A DNA stretch of 64,000 bases from an uncultured bacterium. GTDB taxonomy: Bacteria > UBP6 > UBA1177 > JAKLFG01. The translations under genes were made by a program, and so were the position numbers. The notes beneath the pieces were generated by a model. It was given only the letters and a program-made list of their open reading frames with translations, searched no databases and was not told where the DNA came from. Location of the stretch: positions 5,088 to 69,087 of the forward strand of contig CALMRE010000074.1 of NCBI GenBank assembly GCA_937871295.1. The letters run 5' to 3'. Positions 19,611 through 29,449 of this stretch are shown piece after piece; within the stretch, counting starts at the first letter, position 1; every line of letters begins with the position of its first letter.

Positions 19611-20407
19611 TCGGCGGCGCCGTTCAGATAACCGATCACCAGTTCCCGCATCGTCGGCGGTCTGCCGATATCCTCTTCCGTGAAGACCAGCCATTCGGCT
19701 ATGATGGGTCCGATGGTCAGGAAGTTCGCTTCGTCCCCGGCGCCCGATACGATGCGGTGGGTCCGGCGCGCCTCGTCGAGGCGGGCGGTGTAGAGCAGTT
19801 TGCCGTTCTTGAGGATGACGAAACGGTCTATCAGCGATTCGGGCTCGTAGAGTTCGGTCGATGCGAGCAGTACCGTCGAGCGGTGTTCGTCGGTGAAGGA
19901 GCGCAGGATGTCGCAGAGGATATCGCTTTCCTGCGGCGTGATATGCTGGAACGGTTCGTCGATGAGCAGCAGTTGCGGACGGCAGGCCAGAGCGCCGAGT
20001 GTCAGGAACAGCGAGCGCATTCCCATCGGGGCGAAATCGATGCGCCGCGAAAGGTCCCACGCGAACTGATCGGCGAACCGGAGGAACAGCGTATCGTCGA
20101 AACGGGGATAGAGCAGTTTCCAGACGCGATGGTAGTCGCGGGCGGTGAACCCGGTGAAGACCGAACGCTGGTCGCCCGACGAGGCGACGGCGCTGCGGCG
20201 GAAACGCGACACCGGTCCGCCGTCGATACGGATATAGCCCGCCGAAGGGGGCAGTTCGCCGCTCACGGTGCGCATGAGGGTGGTCTTCCCCGAACCGTTG
20301 GGACCGAGTATCACGACGATCTCGCCCGGTCCGGTGATGAACGAAACGTCATGCAGTCCCACCTGTTCGCCGAAACGCTTCGACACCTTTTCGACGATGA
20401 GACTCAC
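19607..20407 (-). CDS. ABC transporter ATP-binding protein
   Basis: Walker A GPNGSGKTT; signature/Walker B LLLIDEPFQHI; GTG start with GGGAGG RBS overlapping the upstream stop. The ORF-track N-terminal extension is rejected. Confidence 0.8.
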   Translation of the reverse strand: MSLIVEKVSKRFGEQVGLHDVSFITGPGEIVVILGPNGSGKTTLMRTVSGELPPSAGYIRIDGGPVSRFRRSAVASSGDQRSVFTGFTARDYHRVWKLLYPRFDDTLFLRFADQFAWDLSRRIDFAPMGMRSLFLTLGALACRPQLLLIDEPFQHITPQESDILCDILRSFTDEHRSTVLLASTELYEPESLIDRFVILKNGKLLYTARLDEARRTHRIVSGAGDEANFLTIGPIIAEWLVFTEEDIGRPPTMRELVIGYLNGAAD

Positions 20408-20982
20408 AGCCGCCTCCCGGTTATGAGGTAGTGCCCGTAGGCGGCTCCCAGCAACAGCAGCGCGACCAGTCCGGCGTACAGAGGCTCCTCCTGATAGAAA
20501 ACGCTGAAAGCGCGGAAGGGATGACCGGCGCCGAGCGCCGCGCCGGCGGTCGTTTCGACGAAAAGCGCCATCACCGGCAGGGTCAGCGTATCGCGTCCCG
20601 ATGCGGCGCCGATGAGCGATATCGAGAAGTAGGCGGTGAAGAAGATGAGCATGGCGACCAGTTTCACCGGCCAGTCGGCATCGACCGCGAGCGTTCCGCT
20701 GATAAGGGCGCCGAGCAGTATCGCCAGAAGGCCGAAGCCGTAGGAGCACAGGAAGATGCCGGTCCGGGTGAAGGGAAGAGAGAGATACATGCCGATGCGG
20801 CGCGACTGGACATCTTTGGGGAGGAGCGACGCGGCGAAGAACATCACCGCGAGGAAGAGCAGCCCGCTGCGCGGCAGAAGGAAAAGCAGAAAAATGACGC
20901 CGAGCGCCCGTTTGCGGGTCAGTTCTATCTGCAGGAAGGCTTCGAAGGCCCGCAGAGTGCGCACCAACGCGCCGTCATTCAT
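20404..20982 (-). CDS. ABC-2-type exporter permease-like membrane protein
   Basis: About 6 TM helices; translationally coupled to the ATPase (GTGA overlap) and to the upstream small membrane protein (ATGA). Confidence 0.55.
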   Translation of the reverse strand: MNDGALVRTLRAFEAFLQIELTRKRALGVIFLLFLLPRSGLLFLAVMFFAASLLPKDVQSRRIGMYLSLPFTRTGIFLCSYGFGLLAILLGALISGTLAVDADWPVKLVAMLIFFTAYFSISLIGAASGRDTLTLPVMALFVETTAGAALGAGHPFRAFSVFYQEEPLYAGLVALLLLGAAYGHYLITGRRL

Positions 20983-21251
20983 AGGAAGCTCCCCCGGATG
21001 ATGTCGTGTATCCAGCGGTACAGGCTCTCCATGTCGGCGAGCCACGCGATGAGGATTATCTGCAGGGCGACCGCGGGGAACAGTATCCAGCGGCGGAAAC
21101 AGACCCCGGCGGCGATGAGCGCCAGCGCGCCGCAGACGGCCGATACCGGCCGCGACATGCCGCACAGCGGCAACAGCGCCAGCGCGATGGCGACGATCAG
21201 CCAGACAGTGCGCGCGGTGCGCGGCGCGGTGCCGGGATAGAGCGGTGTCAT
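20979..21251 (-). CDS. Small membrane protein (2-3 TM helices)
   Basis: Hydrophobic 90-aa ORF in tight overlap with the neighbouring operon genes. Confidence 0.4.
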   Translation of the reverse strand: MTPLYPGTAPRTARTVWLIVAIALALLPLCGMSRPVSAVCGALALIAAGVCFRRWILFPAVALQIILIAWLADMESLYRWIHDIIRGSFL

Positions 21252-21255
21252 CTCG

Positions 21256-21897
21256 TTATTTCACCAACGACAATATCTCTGTGTAGGCGGCGCCCTTGTC
21301 GGGATATTTGCCCGACATCTCCTGCGCGATGTCTGCCGCCGTTTTCCCTTCGGTATTCTTGGCCGTCCGGTCGGCCCCTTTCTCGATAAGGAGCTTGACC
21401 ACGGCGGCGTTGCCGCGCAGCGCCGCGATCATGAGCGCCGTGTTGCCCCGTTTGTCGGCCACCGCGATATCGGCGCCGGCGCCGATGAGCGCGTCGGAGA
21501 CCTTCGGAAAACCGCTCCACGCCGCCCACAGGAGCGCCGTCCAGCCGTCCTTGTCCTTGAGATCCTTATCGGCGTTCTTCTCGAGCAGGAGCGTGGTGGC
21601 TTCGAGCCGTTTCACCTCATCCTTCGCGACCAGTTCGCCGCTCTTATAGTTGACGTAGGCGGCCCACATCAGCGGGGTGCGCCCTTGTTCGTCGAGGTTG
21701 TTGACCCGGCCGCCCTCGGCCTCGATGAGTTTCTTCATCTGGTCGATGTCGTTCTGGATGATCGACGCGATGATCGGGTCGGTCTTCACGCCGCTCCCTT
21801 TCAGCAGATCGGCCGCGTAGATGCTCAGAACGGCGAAGATCGAACTGAAGGCCATCAGTATGAGGGCGTCCTTGATGATGGGCAAATATTTATTCAT
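21256..21897 (-). CDS. Ankyrin-repeat protein with N-terminal signal/anchor
   Basis: Four ANK repeats (GRTPLMWAA, GWTALLWAA, GNTALMIAA, GKTAADIA); N-terminal hydrophobic helix. Confidence 0.85.
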   Translation of the reverse strand: MNKYLPIIKDALILMAFSSIFAVLSIYAADLLKGSGVKTDPIIASIIQNDIDQMKKLIEAEGGRVNNLDEQGRTPLMWAAYVNYKSGELVAKDEVKRLEATTLLLEKNADKDLKDKDGWTALLWAAWSGFPKVSDALIGAGADIAVADKRGNTALMIAALRGNAAVVKLLIEKGADRTAKNTEGKTAADIAQEMSGKYPDKGAAYTEILSLVK

Positions 21898-21912
21898 CGT
21901 ATCCTCCCTCCG

Positions 21913-23340
21913 TTAGTGGGCCGCTTCCGCGGCGCCGTCTTTCTTCTCCTCGTCGTCGGTCTTGGTCGACGCGAGGCTGTTGCGCAGCAGAATGACCGCG
22001 ATGGGGCTTATCGCCGCGAGGAAGAAGTAGATCATCCACATCCACTCGGGGCTATCCATATAGCTGACGTTGCCGGTATCTATCTTCGCCCGGACGCCCT
22101 CATAGGAGTAACCGGCTATCAGGATGCCCGACACGAACCCGTTGATGGGCCGCGCGATGAACATCGGCAATGCCGACAATCCCATGTAGGAGGCCACCTT
22201 GTCCTTTGGCGCGACCGATGCGGTGTACTCCACGAAACGCGGCGAGAAGATCAGTTCACCCACGGCGAACACGAATATCTGCGCGACGATGATGTAGATA
22301 TAGGCCTGATTCATGTTCTCGATGCCGGGGATGGCGAGTATCCAGCTGTTGGGAACGGCGAGGAACAGCAGCGACAGCGCCGATATCAGCATGCCCACGA
22401 CGATGAGTTTCACCGTGTCGAACTTGTTGATGATCGGGATGAAGAGGATGAGGCCCACGACGATGATGAAGGGGTTCAGCGAGTTGACGAGCCCCAGTTC
22501 GAAATCGTTGTAGAGCGTCCGCAGATAGTATTTCGGCATGACCATCGTCTGGTGGGTGAAGACGAGCCGGACGCCGAGCGTCAGCACGAGGAAGAGGACC
22601 AGTTTCTGGAACGCGCTTTCCTTCCACACCTCGGCGAAGATCTGAAGCGGCGTCTTCTGCGGAGTGGGATCGGCCGCCTTCTCGGCCGCCGTCTCCTCGG
22701 CGTGCTTGTTGGTGATGAGCACGGCGCAGATGAGGGTCAGCACCGTCATCGCGAAACTGAAATTGAATATCATCAGGTTGCCCTTCACGGTGCCGAACAT
22801 GGTGCGGAAACCGTCGAAGACCACCGCGCCGGCGAGCATCGCGCCGATGTTCATGATGAGGTAGTAGACATTGAAGCCGGTGCCGCGGTTCTCGGGGGTG
22901 GTGAAGTGGCGCAGCGCCGCGTTGGTGTTGGTGACGATGGTGGCGGTGCCCAGCGCCATGACGATGAGCAGACCCATCGTGACGTACTTCAGCGGTTCGC
23001 CGGTCATCAGTTCCGGCGCGACACCCATCCCGAGACGCGAGATGATGAGCAGTATCGTCGCGATGTAGTAGGTCCGCTTGACCCCGAGCGTGTCGCAGAT
23101 GGAGCCGACCGTGAACATGAACGCCGTGATGAACATGAAGAAGACGCCCTGCCAGATACCGGTCTCCATGTCGCTGAACCCGACATTGTCATTCAGGTAG
23201 AGCGAGATCACGATGATGATCGAGAAGTAGGCCAGTCCGTCGAAGAACTGAATGGCGTTGACCATCCAGAAATCCTTCGAGACCGTCTTCATGATCTTGA
23301 ATTCCGAGAAGTAATTCTTAACCGCTGCGAACATGCGCAT
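21913..23340 (-). CDS. MFS-type transporter (possibly POT/peptide family)
   Basis: 12 predicted TM helices, 475 aa, MFS-like loop motifs. Confidence 0.6.
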   Translation of the reverse strand: MRMFAAVKNYFSEFKIMKTVSKDFWMVNAIQFFDGLAYFSIIIVISLYLNDNVGFSDMETGIWQGVFFMFITAFMFTVGSICDTLGVKRTYYIATILLIISRLGMGVAPELMTGEPLKYVTMGLLIVMALGTATIVTNTNAALRHFTTPENRGTGFNVYYLIMNIGAMLAGAVVFDGFRTMFGTVKGNLMIFNFSFAMTVLTLICAVLITNKHAEETAAEKAADPTPQKTPLQIFAEVWKESAFQKLVLFLVLTLGVRLVFTHQTMVMPKYYLRTLYNDFELGLVNSLNPFIIVVGLILFIPIINKFDTVKLIVVGMLISALSLLFLAVPNSWILAIPGIENMNQAYIYIIVAQIFVFAVGELIFSPRFVEYTASVAPKDKVASYMGLSALPMFIARPINGFVSGILIAGYSYEGVRAKIDTGNVSYMDSPEWMWMIYFFLAAISPIAVILLRNSLASTKTDDEEKKDGAAEAAH

Positions 23341-23507
23341 GCCTCCGAAACAAGCGTAGATAAAAAAGAGCGTTTCATCGTAACCGCCCCTCCCTTAAAG
23401 TCAAGGAAAACGGCGGGGTATAAAAGGCGCTATCCGGTCCGATTTGTTGACTTTGCGGAGCGCCACCCGTACAATGGCCCGTTCACGGTTACGCGGAGAG
23501 GATAACG

Positions 23508-24812
23508 GTGCGTCTTTTCTACGATATCATAGGGGATAAGCGGGACGGCCGCGAACTTTCGGCCGACGATATCACCCGTTTTCTGACCGGCTATCTCCGC
23601 GACGAACTGACCGACTACCAGATGTCGGCGCTCCTGATGGCGGTCTGCATCCGGGGACTCACCCCGGCCGAACTGTCGGTCTGGGCCGATACGATGCTCC
23701 GTTCGGGGCAGGTGCTTTCCTTCCCCGACGACGGCCGCCCGGTGGTGGACAAACATTCGACCGGCGGGGTGGGGGACAAGATATCGATCCCGCTGGCGCC
23801 GCTCCTTGCCGCGCTCGGATTCCGCGTGCCGATGATATCGGGCCGCGGGCTCGGCCATACCGGCGGTACGCTCGACAAACTCGAATCGATACCGGGGTTC
23901 CGGGTGGGGCTCGACCTCGACTCATTCAAACGGCAGATACAGGAACTCGGCGTGTCCATGATCGGACAGACGGCCGAGATCGCGCCGCTCGACCGGCGGC
24001 TCTACGCCCTGCGCGATGTGACCGGCACGGTCGAATCGGTGCCGCTCATCGCGAGTTCCATCATGTCGAAAAAACTGGCCGAAGGGATAGAGGGGCTCCT
24101 GCTGGATGTGAAGACCGGCGACGGCGCCTTTATGCGGGAGATGCGCGACGCCAAACGGCTCGCCCGGACGATGAAGGCGATCGGCGCGCGCGCCGGAAGA
24201 AAGATGGCGGTACTCATCACCGATATGTCCGAACCGCTCGGCCGCGCCGCGGGCCACGCCCACGAGATCGCCGAATCGATAGCGGTGTTGCGGGGCGAGG
24301 AGGTGCCGCAGGTGACCGCGCTGACGGTGCGGCAGGCGGCCGAACTGCTCGTCGCCTTCGGGCGGTCAAAAAGCCGCGCCGCGGGCGAACAGGAGGCGCG
24401 CAGACGGCTGTTCGACGGCACGGCGCTCGCGCTGTTCCGGCGGCTGGTCGAACGGCAGGGAGGCGATCCGCGCGTCATCGATGATCCGTCGCTCCTGCCG
24501 CAGGCGCCGCAGGTCCACGAACTGACGGCGGTCCGTGACGGCCATCTTTCGCGGGTCGGCGCACGCGCGGTGGGCAAGGCGCTGGTGGCGCTCGGCGGCG
24601 GCCGGGTCCGCAAGGAGGACGCCATTGACGCGGCGGTCGGGATGACCTTTCCGAAGAAGGTGGGCGAACCGGTCGTGAAGGGGGAGCCGGTCATCCGGAT
24701 ACACTACCGCGACCGCGCGCGGCTCGACGCGGCGCTCGAACTGCTGACCGGGGCGATCGAGATCGCGTTGCGGCCGGTGCTACCGCCCGAACTCGTCGCG
24801 GGGCGTCTGTAA
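23508..24812 (+). CDS. deoA: Thymidine / pyrimidine-nucleoside phosphorylase
   Basis: DKHSTGGVGDK...SGRGLGHTGGTLDKLE signature; GTG start with RBS. Confidence 0.9.
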   Translation: MRLFYDIIGDKRDGRELSADDITRFLTGYLRDELTDYQMSALLMAVCIRGLTPAELSVWADTMLRSGQVLSFPDDGRPVVDKHSTGGVGDKISIPLAPLLAALGFRVPMISGRGLGHTGGTLDKLESIPGFRVGLDLDSFKRQIQELGVSMIGQTAEIAPLDRRLYALRDVTGTVESVPLIASSIMSKKLAEGIEGLLLDVKTGDGAFMREMRDAKRLARTMKAIGARAGRKMAVLITDMSEPLGRAAGHAHEIAESIAVLRGEEVPQVTALTVRQAAELLVAFGRSKSRAAGEQEARRRLFDGTALALFRRLVERQGGDPRVIDDPSLLPQAPQVHELTAVRDGHLSRVGARAVGKALVALGGGRVRKEDAIDAAVGMTFPKKVGEPVVKGEPVIRIHYRDRARLDAALELLTGAIEIALRPVLPPELVAGRL

Positions 24813-24813
24813 C

Positions 24814-27087
24814 GTGCGCAATCCCCATTTTTACTTCACCGCCCGCCGCTTTTTCGTCGCCTCGGGGGGAACGCTTTTCCGTTTGTTGTCGGGCGTGGCG
24901 CTCCGTTCGGTCCGCTACGAGGTGGCCGACGAGGAGGAACTGCGGCGCATCGCGTCGGAGAAACAGACCATCTTCTACATATCCAACCGCTCCTCCCTCA
25001 TCGAGCAGTTCCTGCTGAACGCTTTTTTCATCGCCCGCGGTATCCGCGTTCCCTCCCACTCCTTTGGGCCGCGGACCTTGCTGTTCTTCCGTTTCGGCGA
25101 GTTGCTGCGCCTGTTCATCGAATGGCTCAAGGGGGGGCGTGCGCGCCGCTACGCCCAGAAGATAACGGGACTCTACCTGCCGGTCGAGGATCAGGATTTC
25201 TTCGCCCGCGACCCCGGCTGGGCCGACTTCATAGCGAAGGTCCCGTCGCGCGAGATACGGGTGGTGCCGGTCACGACGCTCTGGAACAAGGAGGTGGTGG
25301 AAAAGAGCCGGAAGGAGGAGAGCTGGCTCATTCCGTTCATCGGCACCTACCATCTCTGGCCCACCTTCCGCGAACTGCTGCTGTTCCTGCTCGGCCGCCG
25401 GCGGCTCGCGCTCCGCATCGGGCTGGCCCACACCATCGTCCGTGAGAGGTATACCCGCCATATCTACCGCAAATTCTACGCGCTGCTCAAGGAGGAGAAG
25501 AAGAACATCGTCGGCGCGAGCCTCCGCAACTGGCTGGAGATCCGCAACGAGACGCTGTTCGATCTCGACTTCGGGTACGAGGCCGACCGGGAAACGGCCG
25601 AAAAATGCCTGAACGAGATAGCGACCCGCTACAGTCCGTACTTCACCGACGGGGTCTCGCGGGTCATCGGACGGCTTCTTTCGTCGGTCTTCCCGCGCAT
25701 CGTCCACCGCCCCGAAGAGACGCGCTACCTGCGGCGGCTGGCCGCCATCCGCAACATCACGCTGGTGTTCGTGCCGTCGCACCGCAGTTATTTCGATTAC
25801 CTCATCATGTTCAATCTCCTCTACCGCGAACAGGTGGCGGTGCCGCTGGTGGTGGCGGGCGACAACCTCAACTTCTTCCCGCTGGGCGGCGTGTTGCGGC
25901 GGCTCGGCGCCTTCTTCATCCGGCGCCGGGTGCGCGACGACCGTCTCTACAAGGAGGTTTTCGGCGCCTATCTGCGCAAGATCGTCGAATCGGGCTACCA
26001 CATCGAATTTTTCATCGAAGGGGGCCGGACGCGGTCGGGCAAGGTCCGCGCGCCGCGCACCGGGGTCCTGTCGATGCTCGCCGACATCAAGAAGCGGAGC
26101 GGCCGGCGCATCTACATCGTGCCGGTGTCGATAACCTACGAGAAACTGCGCGAGGTGCAGCAGTATCAGGCCGAGGTGTCGCGCGCCAAAGAGCCGGAGC
26201 GGCAGGGTTTCCTGCGCAAGGCGCTCGGTCTGTTCCGGACGAGCAGCGGTCCCGCCTATGTATCGTTCGGGACGCCGCTGTATCTTCCCGGCGTGATCAC
26301 CGATGATTTCCCGCTCGAGGTCGCCTACCGCATCGAACGGGGCGGTCATGTCGGTTTTTCGGGGCTGTTCGCCTCGTTCTTCGCGACCGGCGACGAACTG
26401 TTCGCCCCGGCGCTCGCCCGCCGGCTGGAGCATCTGGCGGCGCTGCTGGCCAAAAGCGGCCGCTACCAACTTGCCCCGGCGCTCCAGCACGCCGACCTCA
26501 ATGTGCCGCGGCTGGTCGAGAAACTGCGCGGATCGGGTCAGATCGTCGAATCGAGCCGCCGCGAACATTGCTACCGGCTCCGCGACGACGCGCGCCACGA
26601 ATTCGCCTACTACCGCAATACCGCCGCATTCGCGCTGGCGCCGCTGTTCCTCCTGCTGTTCGACGCCCCGGAAGAGGTCCGCGACGCGTCGCGCCGCTAC
26701 CTCGAGGCGGTCATACAGGGCTACCGCGTCGGCGACCGGCTCGACGATGTCCTCTCTCCCGCCGACGCCGATCCGTGGGTCCAGTCGATGCTCTGCCGCG
26801 TCTTCCTGCCGTCGTTCGAACTGCTCGAAAGCGCCATCGCCTTCTTCCGGGGGAACAAACTCCATTTCGAGAGTCGCACCGATGCGGTCCACCATCTCGC
26901 CCGGCTCTTCGCCCGCCGCCGCATGGTCTTCTCGCCCGACGAACTCTACGATGTGCTGACCTATCTCGGTGAACGGGGCGTCATCGACAATTTATTTGCC
27001 TTTGTCCCCGGAACCGGCGAGAATGTCGCCGCGGAGACCGAAACGATCATGGAAGCGCTCAAACGCGCGGGGGTGGTGACGCCGTGA
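24814..27087 (+). CDS. plsB: Glycerol-3-phosphate O-acyltransferase, PlsB family
   Basis: HxxxxD block VPSHRSYFDY; FIRRRVRDD; FFIEGGRTRSG; collinear with E. coli PlsB. Confidence 0.85.
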   Translation: MRNPHFYFTARRFFVASGGTLFRLLSGVALRSVRYEVADEEELRRIASEKQTIFYISNRSSLIEQFLLNAFFIARGIRVPSHSFGPRTLLFFRFGELLRLFIEWLKGGRARRYAQKITGLYLPVEDQDFFARDPGWADFIAKVPSREIRVVPVTTLWNKEVVEKSRKEESWLIPFIGTYHLWPTFRELLLFLLGRRRLALRIGLAHTIVRERYTRHIYRKFYALLKEEKKNIVGASLRNWLEIRNETLFDLDFGYEADRETAEKCLNEIATRYSPYFTDGVSRVIGRLLSSVFPRIVHRPEETRYLRRLAAIRNITLVFVPSHRSYFDYLIMFNLLYREQVAVPLVVAGDNLNFFPLGGVLRRLGAFFIRRRVRDDRLYKEVFGAYLRKIVESGYHIEFFIEGGRTRSGKVRAPRTGVLSMLADIKKRSGRRIYIVPVSITYEKLREVQQYQAEVSRAKEPERQGFLRKALGLFRTSSGPAYVSFGTPLYLPGVITDDFPLEVAYRIERGGHVGFSGLFASFFATGDELFAPALARRLEHLAALLAKSGRYQLAPALQHADLNVPRLVEKLRGSGQIVESSRREHCYRLRDDARHEFAYYRNTAAFALAPLFLLLFDAPEEVRDASRRYLEAVIQGYRVGDRLDDVLSPADADPWVQSMLCRVFLPSFELLESAIAFFRGNKLHFESRTDAVHHLARLFARRRMVFSPDELYDVLTYLGERGVIDNLFAFVPGTGENVAAETETIMEALKRAGVVTP

Positions 27088-28868
27088 CAACGCTTTTTCT
27101 GCCCGAGGAACTGCTGATAGCCGAAGTGAACGGCGCGACGGTGGTGCTCTACCGCGACGCCGCCGAGATAGCGGCCGCGATCTCCGCCTGCCCCGGCCGG
27201 GCCATCGTCGTCGCCTACGAAAAGGAGTCGCCGGCGGCCAAGGCGCTCATCCGCGACCGCGACTGGCTGGTGCTGGTCGCCTTCGGACGCGGGTTCGAAC
27301 ACCGGCCGCCCAACATCTTCACGATAGACGGCGAAAAGACCAATTCCTACACCCTCTACATCCTTTCGCAGATGGTCGAGGTGGTCGACTCGCTCATGGA
27401 CGAGATCGTCGGCAACTACAACATCGGCGTCGATCTCTCCTCCGAAAAGGAGACCCAGCGTCTCTGGGACAAGATACTCGCCTTCAGCCGCCGCGCGACG
27501 CGGGCCGAGGCGGGGACGCTCTATCTCATGAGCCGCGACCGGCAGAGTATCTATTTCGTCCGTTCGCAGAACGACAAACTCAACCGCGTCGAGATCGAGC
27601 GGCGCGAGATACCGTTCAACCGCCGGAGTCTGGTGGGGTTCGTCTGCGCCACCGGCGAGACGCTCAATATCGCCGACGCCTACGCCATCCCCGAGGAGGC
27701 CCCCTACGCCTTCAATAAACAGATCGACATCATGCTGGGGTACCGCACCCATTCGATACTCACCGTCCCGATGAAGACGCCGCGCGGCGATGTGATCGGC
27801 GCGGTCCAACTGCTCAACAAGCGCGAAGTGCAGAGCGGCTACCTGCCGTTCTCGAAGTACGACGAACTGCTCCTCCAGTCGCTCGCGTCGCTATCGGCGG
27901 TCACCGTCGAGAACAACCGGCTCTACGAGGAGATATCGAATCTCTTCAACTCGCTCATCGTCTCCTCCACCAAGGCCATCGAACAGCGCGATCCGGCGAC
28001 CAAAGGCCATTCGGTCCGCGTTTCGCGCATCACCCTCAAGATGATGGACCTCCTCGCCGCCGCCGGCGGAAAACAGTTCGACGACGACGAACGCAAGGCG
28101 GCCGAGATCGCCTCGATGCTCCACGATTTCGGCAAGGTCGGCGTCCGCGAGAAGATACTGACCAAGGTGAGCAAACTTTACCCCGCCGACTACGAACGGG
28201 TCCTCTGGCGCGCCCGCTACATCAGGTCGCGGCTCGAGAACGAGCAACTGGCCGGGAAGGGCGACCGGGCCGCCGCCATCGCCCTCATCGACCGCCTCCT
28301 GGGCGCGCTCGACAAACTCAACACCCCCGCGCCGCTCACCGACGAGGGACGGCTCCTGCTCGAAGAGGCGCGCGAACAGCGCTTCCGGTTCGGCGACGAG
28401 GAACTGCCGCTCCTGACCGACATGGAACACCGCTACCTCTCCATCACGCGCGGCAATCTCACCGTGGAGGAGCGGACGCAGATGGAACAGCACGTCGTCC
28501 AGAGTTGGGAGATCATGAAGGCGATGAAATGGCCGTGGGAACTTTCCCGCGTACCCGAATATGTCCTTTCCCATCACGAGAAACTCGACGGCACCGGCTA
28601 TCCGCACGGCAAGAAGGAGACCGAACTGGGGCCCATCGAGCGGATACTGGCCATCGCCGACATCTACGACGCGCTGACCGCCTCCGACCGCTCCTATAAA
28701 AAGGCGATCCCGCGCGAAACGGCGCTCAGGATCATCGAGGACGATGTCCAGAAAGGCAAACTCGACCGCGCGCTGTTCGAACTGTTCAGGACGCACATCG
28801 ACCAGATAGAGGCTTTTGTCCGTGAAGGTCTCGCGACACCCGAAAAGAACGATACGGAGGCGACATGA
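27084..28868 (+). CDS. GAF-domain HD-GYP c-di-GMP phosphodiesterase
   Basis: GAF region (GTLYLMSRD...NIADAY); HD motif HDFGKVGV; GYP motif DGTGYPHG. Confidence 0.85.
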   Translation: MTTLFLPEELLIAEVNGATVVLYRDAAEIAAAISACPGRAIVVAYEKESPAAKALIRDRDWLVLVAFGRGFEHRPPNIFTIDGEKTNSYTLYILSQMVEVVDSLMDEIVGNYNIGVDLSSEKETQRLWDKILAFSRRATRAEAGTLYLMSRDRQSIYFVRSQNDKLNRVEIERREIPFNRRSLVGFVCATGETLNIADAYAIPEEAPYAFNKQIDIMLGYRTHSILTVPMKTPRGDVIGAVQLLNKREVQSGYLPFSKYDELLLQSLASLSAVTVENNRLYEEISNLFNSLIVSSTKAIEQRDPATKGHSVRVSRITLKMMDLLAAAGGKQFDDDERKAAEIASMLHDFGKVGVREKILTKVSKLYPADYERVLWRARYIRSRLENEQLAGKGDRAAAIALIDRLLGALDKLNTPAPLTDEGRLLLEEAREQRFRFGDEELPLLTDMEHRYLSITRGNLTVEERTQMEQHVVQSWEIMKAMKWPWELSRVPEYVLSHHEKLDGTGYPHGKKETELGPIERILAIADIYDALTASDRSYKKAIPRETALRIIEDDVQKGKLDRALFELFRTHIDQIEAFVREGLATPEKNDTEAT

Positions 28869-29449
28869 GATCCCTGTTCCTTTTCCTTCTGGCCTTATTG
28901 CCGGCCTTTGCGCTGACCGCCTACGAGGACTCGACCGAGGCGAAGATGTTCCACAACGACGGCTGGTTCATCCAGCAGCAGTACACCCAGAACCACGCCG
29001 AGTTCGAGCGGACCATCAAGGAGATGAAGGACCTCAAGGCGAACCACGGTTCGTCGGAATTCGGTACGGCGCAGAAACTGGTCACCGAACTCGACCGGCG
29101 CATGACCCGCTACAACGGCATCGTTCAGAAACTGGTCGTCTACTACAAGCAGAAGTGGAACCAGAAGCACTACCAGAAGATGGACCAGAAGTGGAAGGAC
29201 GACACCTACAAGAAACACAAGGCGAAACTGGTGGCGCTCAATACGCTCATGATGGACCTTCAGCAGGCCTACAACGGCTGGAACGACGGGCGGAGCGGCG
29301 CGGTCAAGAAGAAGAACAAGGGACTGCTCGAGGCGTTCGGCATCATGAACACCGCGCTCGAAGCGGCGCTCACCGCCGGGGCGGCGGCCGAAGAACAGGT
29401 CTTCAAGGATATGGAAGCGGAACTCTCCGCGATCAAGAATATTAAATGA
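28865..29449 (+). CDS. Secreted Lys-rich protein, function unknown
   Basis: Signal peptide MRSLFLFLLALLPAFALTA; overlaps neighbouring genes (operon). Confidence 0.55.
   Translation: MRSLFLFLLALLPAFALTAYEDSTEAKMFHNDGWFIQQQYTQNHAEFERTIKEMKDLKANHGSSEFGTAQKLVTELDRRMTRYNGIVQKLVVYYKQKWNQKHYQKMDQKWKDDTYKKHKAKLVALNTLMMDLQQAYNGWNDGRSGAVKKKNKGLLEAFGIMNTALEAALTAGAAAEEQVFKDMEAELSAIKNIK

Noticed and set aside
17796-20060. 754-aa minus-strand ORF antisense to sppA
   Set aside because: Arg/Pro/Gly-rich shadow ORF; sppA S49 motifs on the plus strand.
19607-20749. N-terminal 114-aa extension of the ABC ATPase ORF overlapping the permease gene
   Set aside because: The Walker A domain begins right after an internal GTG with a GGGAGG RBS that abuts the permease stop; the extension is a read-through artefact of ORF calling. 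The same reasoning was applied to the infC (45711-46406), radical SAM (60941-62323), histidine kinase, fkpA, lpd and trx track ORFs, which were trimmed to internal RBS-supported starts.
21685-23505. 606-aa plus-strand ORF antisense to the MFS transporter gene
   Set aside because: Asp/Arg/His-rich low-complexity shadow ORF.
24691-26895. 734-aa minus-strand ORF antisense to the plsB-like gene
   Set aside because: Shadow ORF; plsB motifs (HxxxxD, FIEGGRTRSG) are unambiguous on the plus strand.
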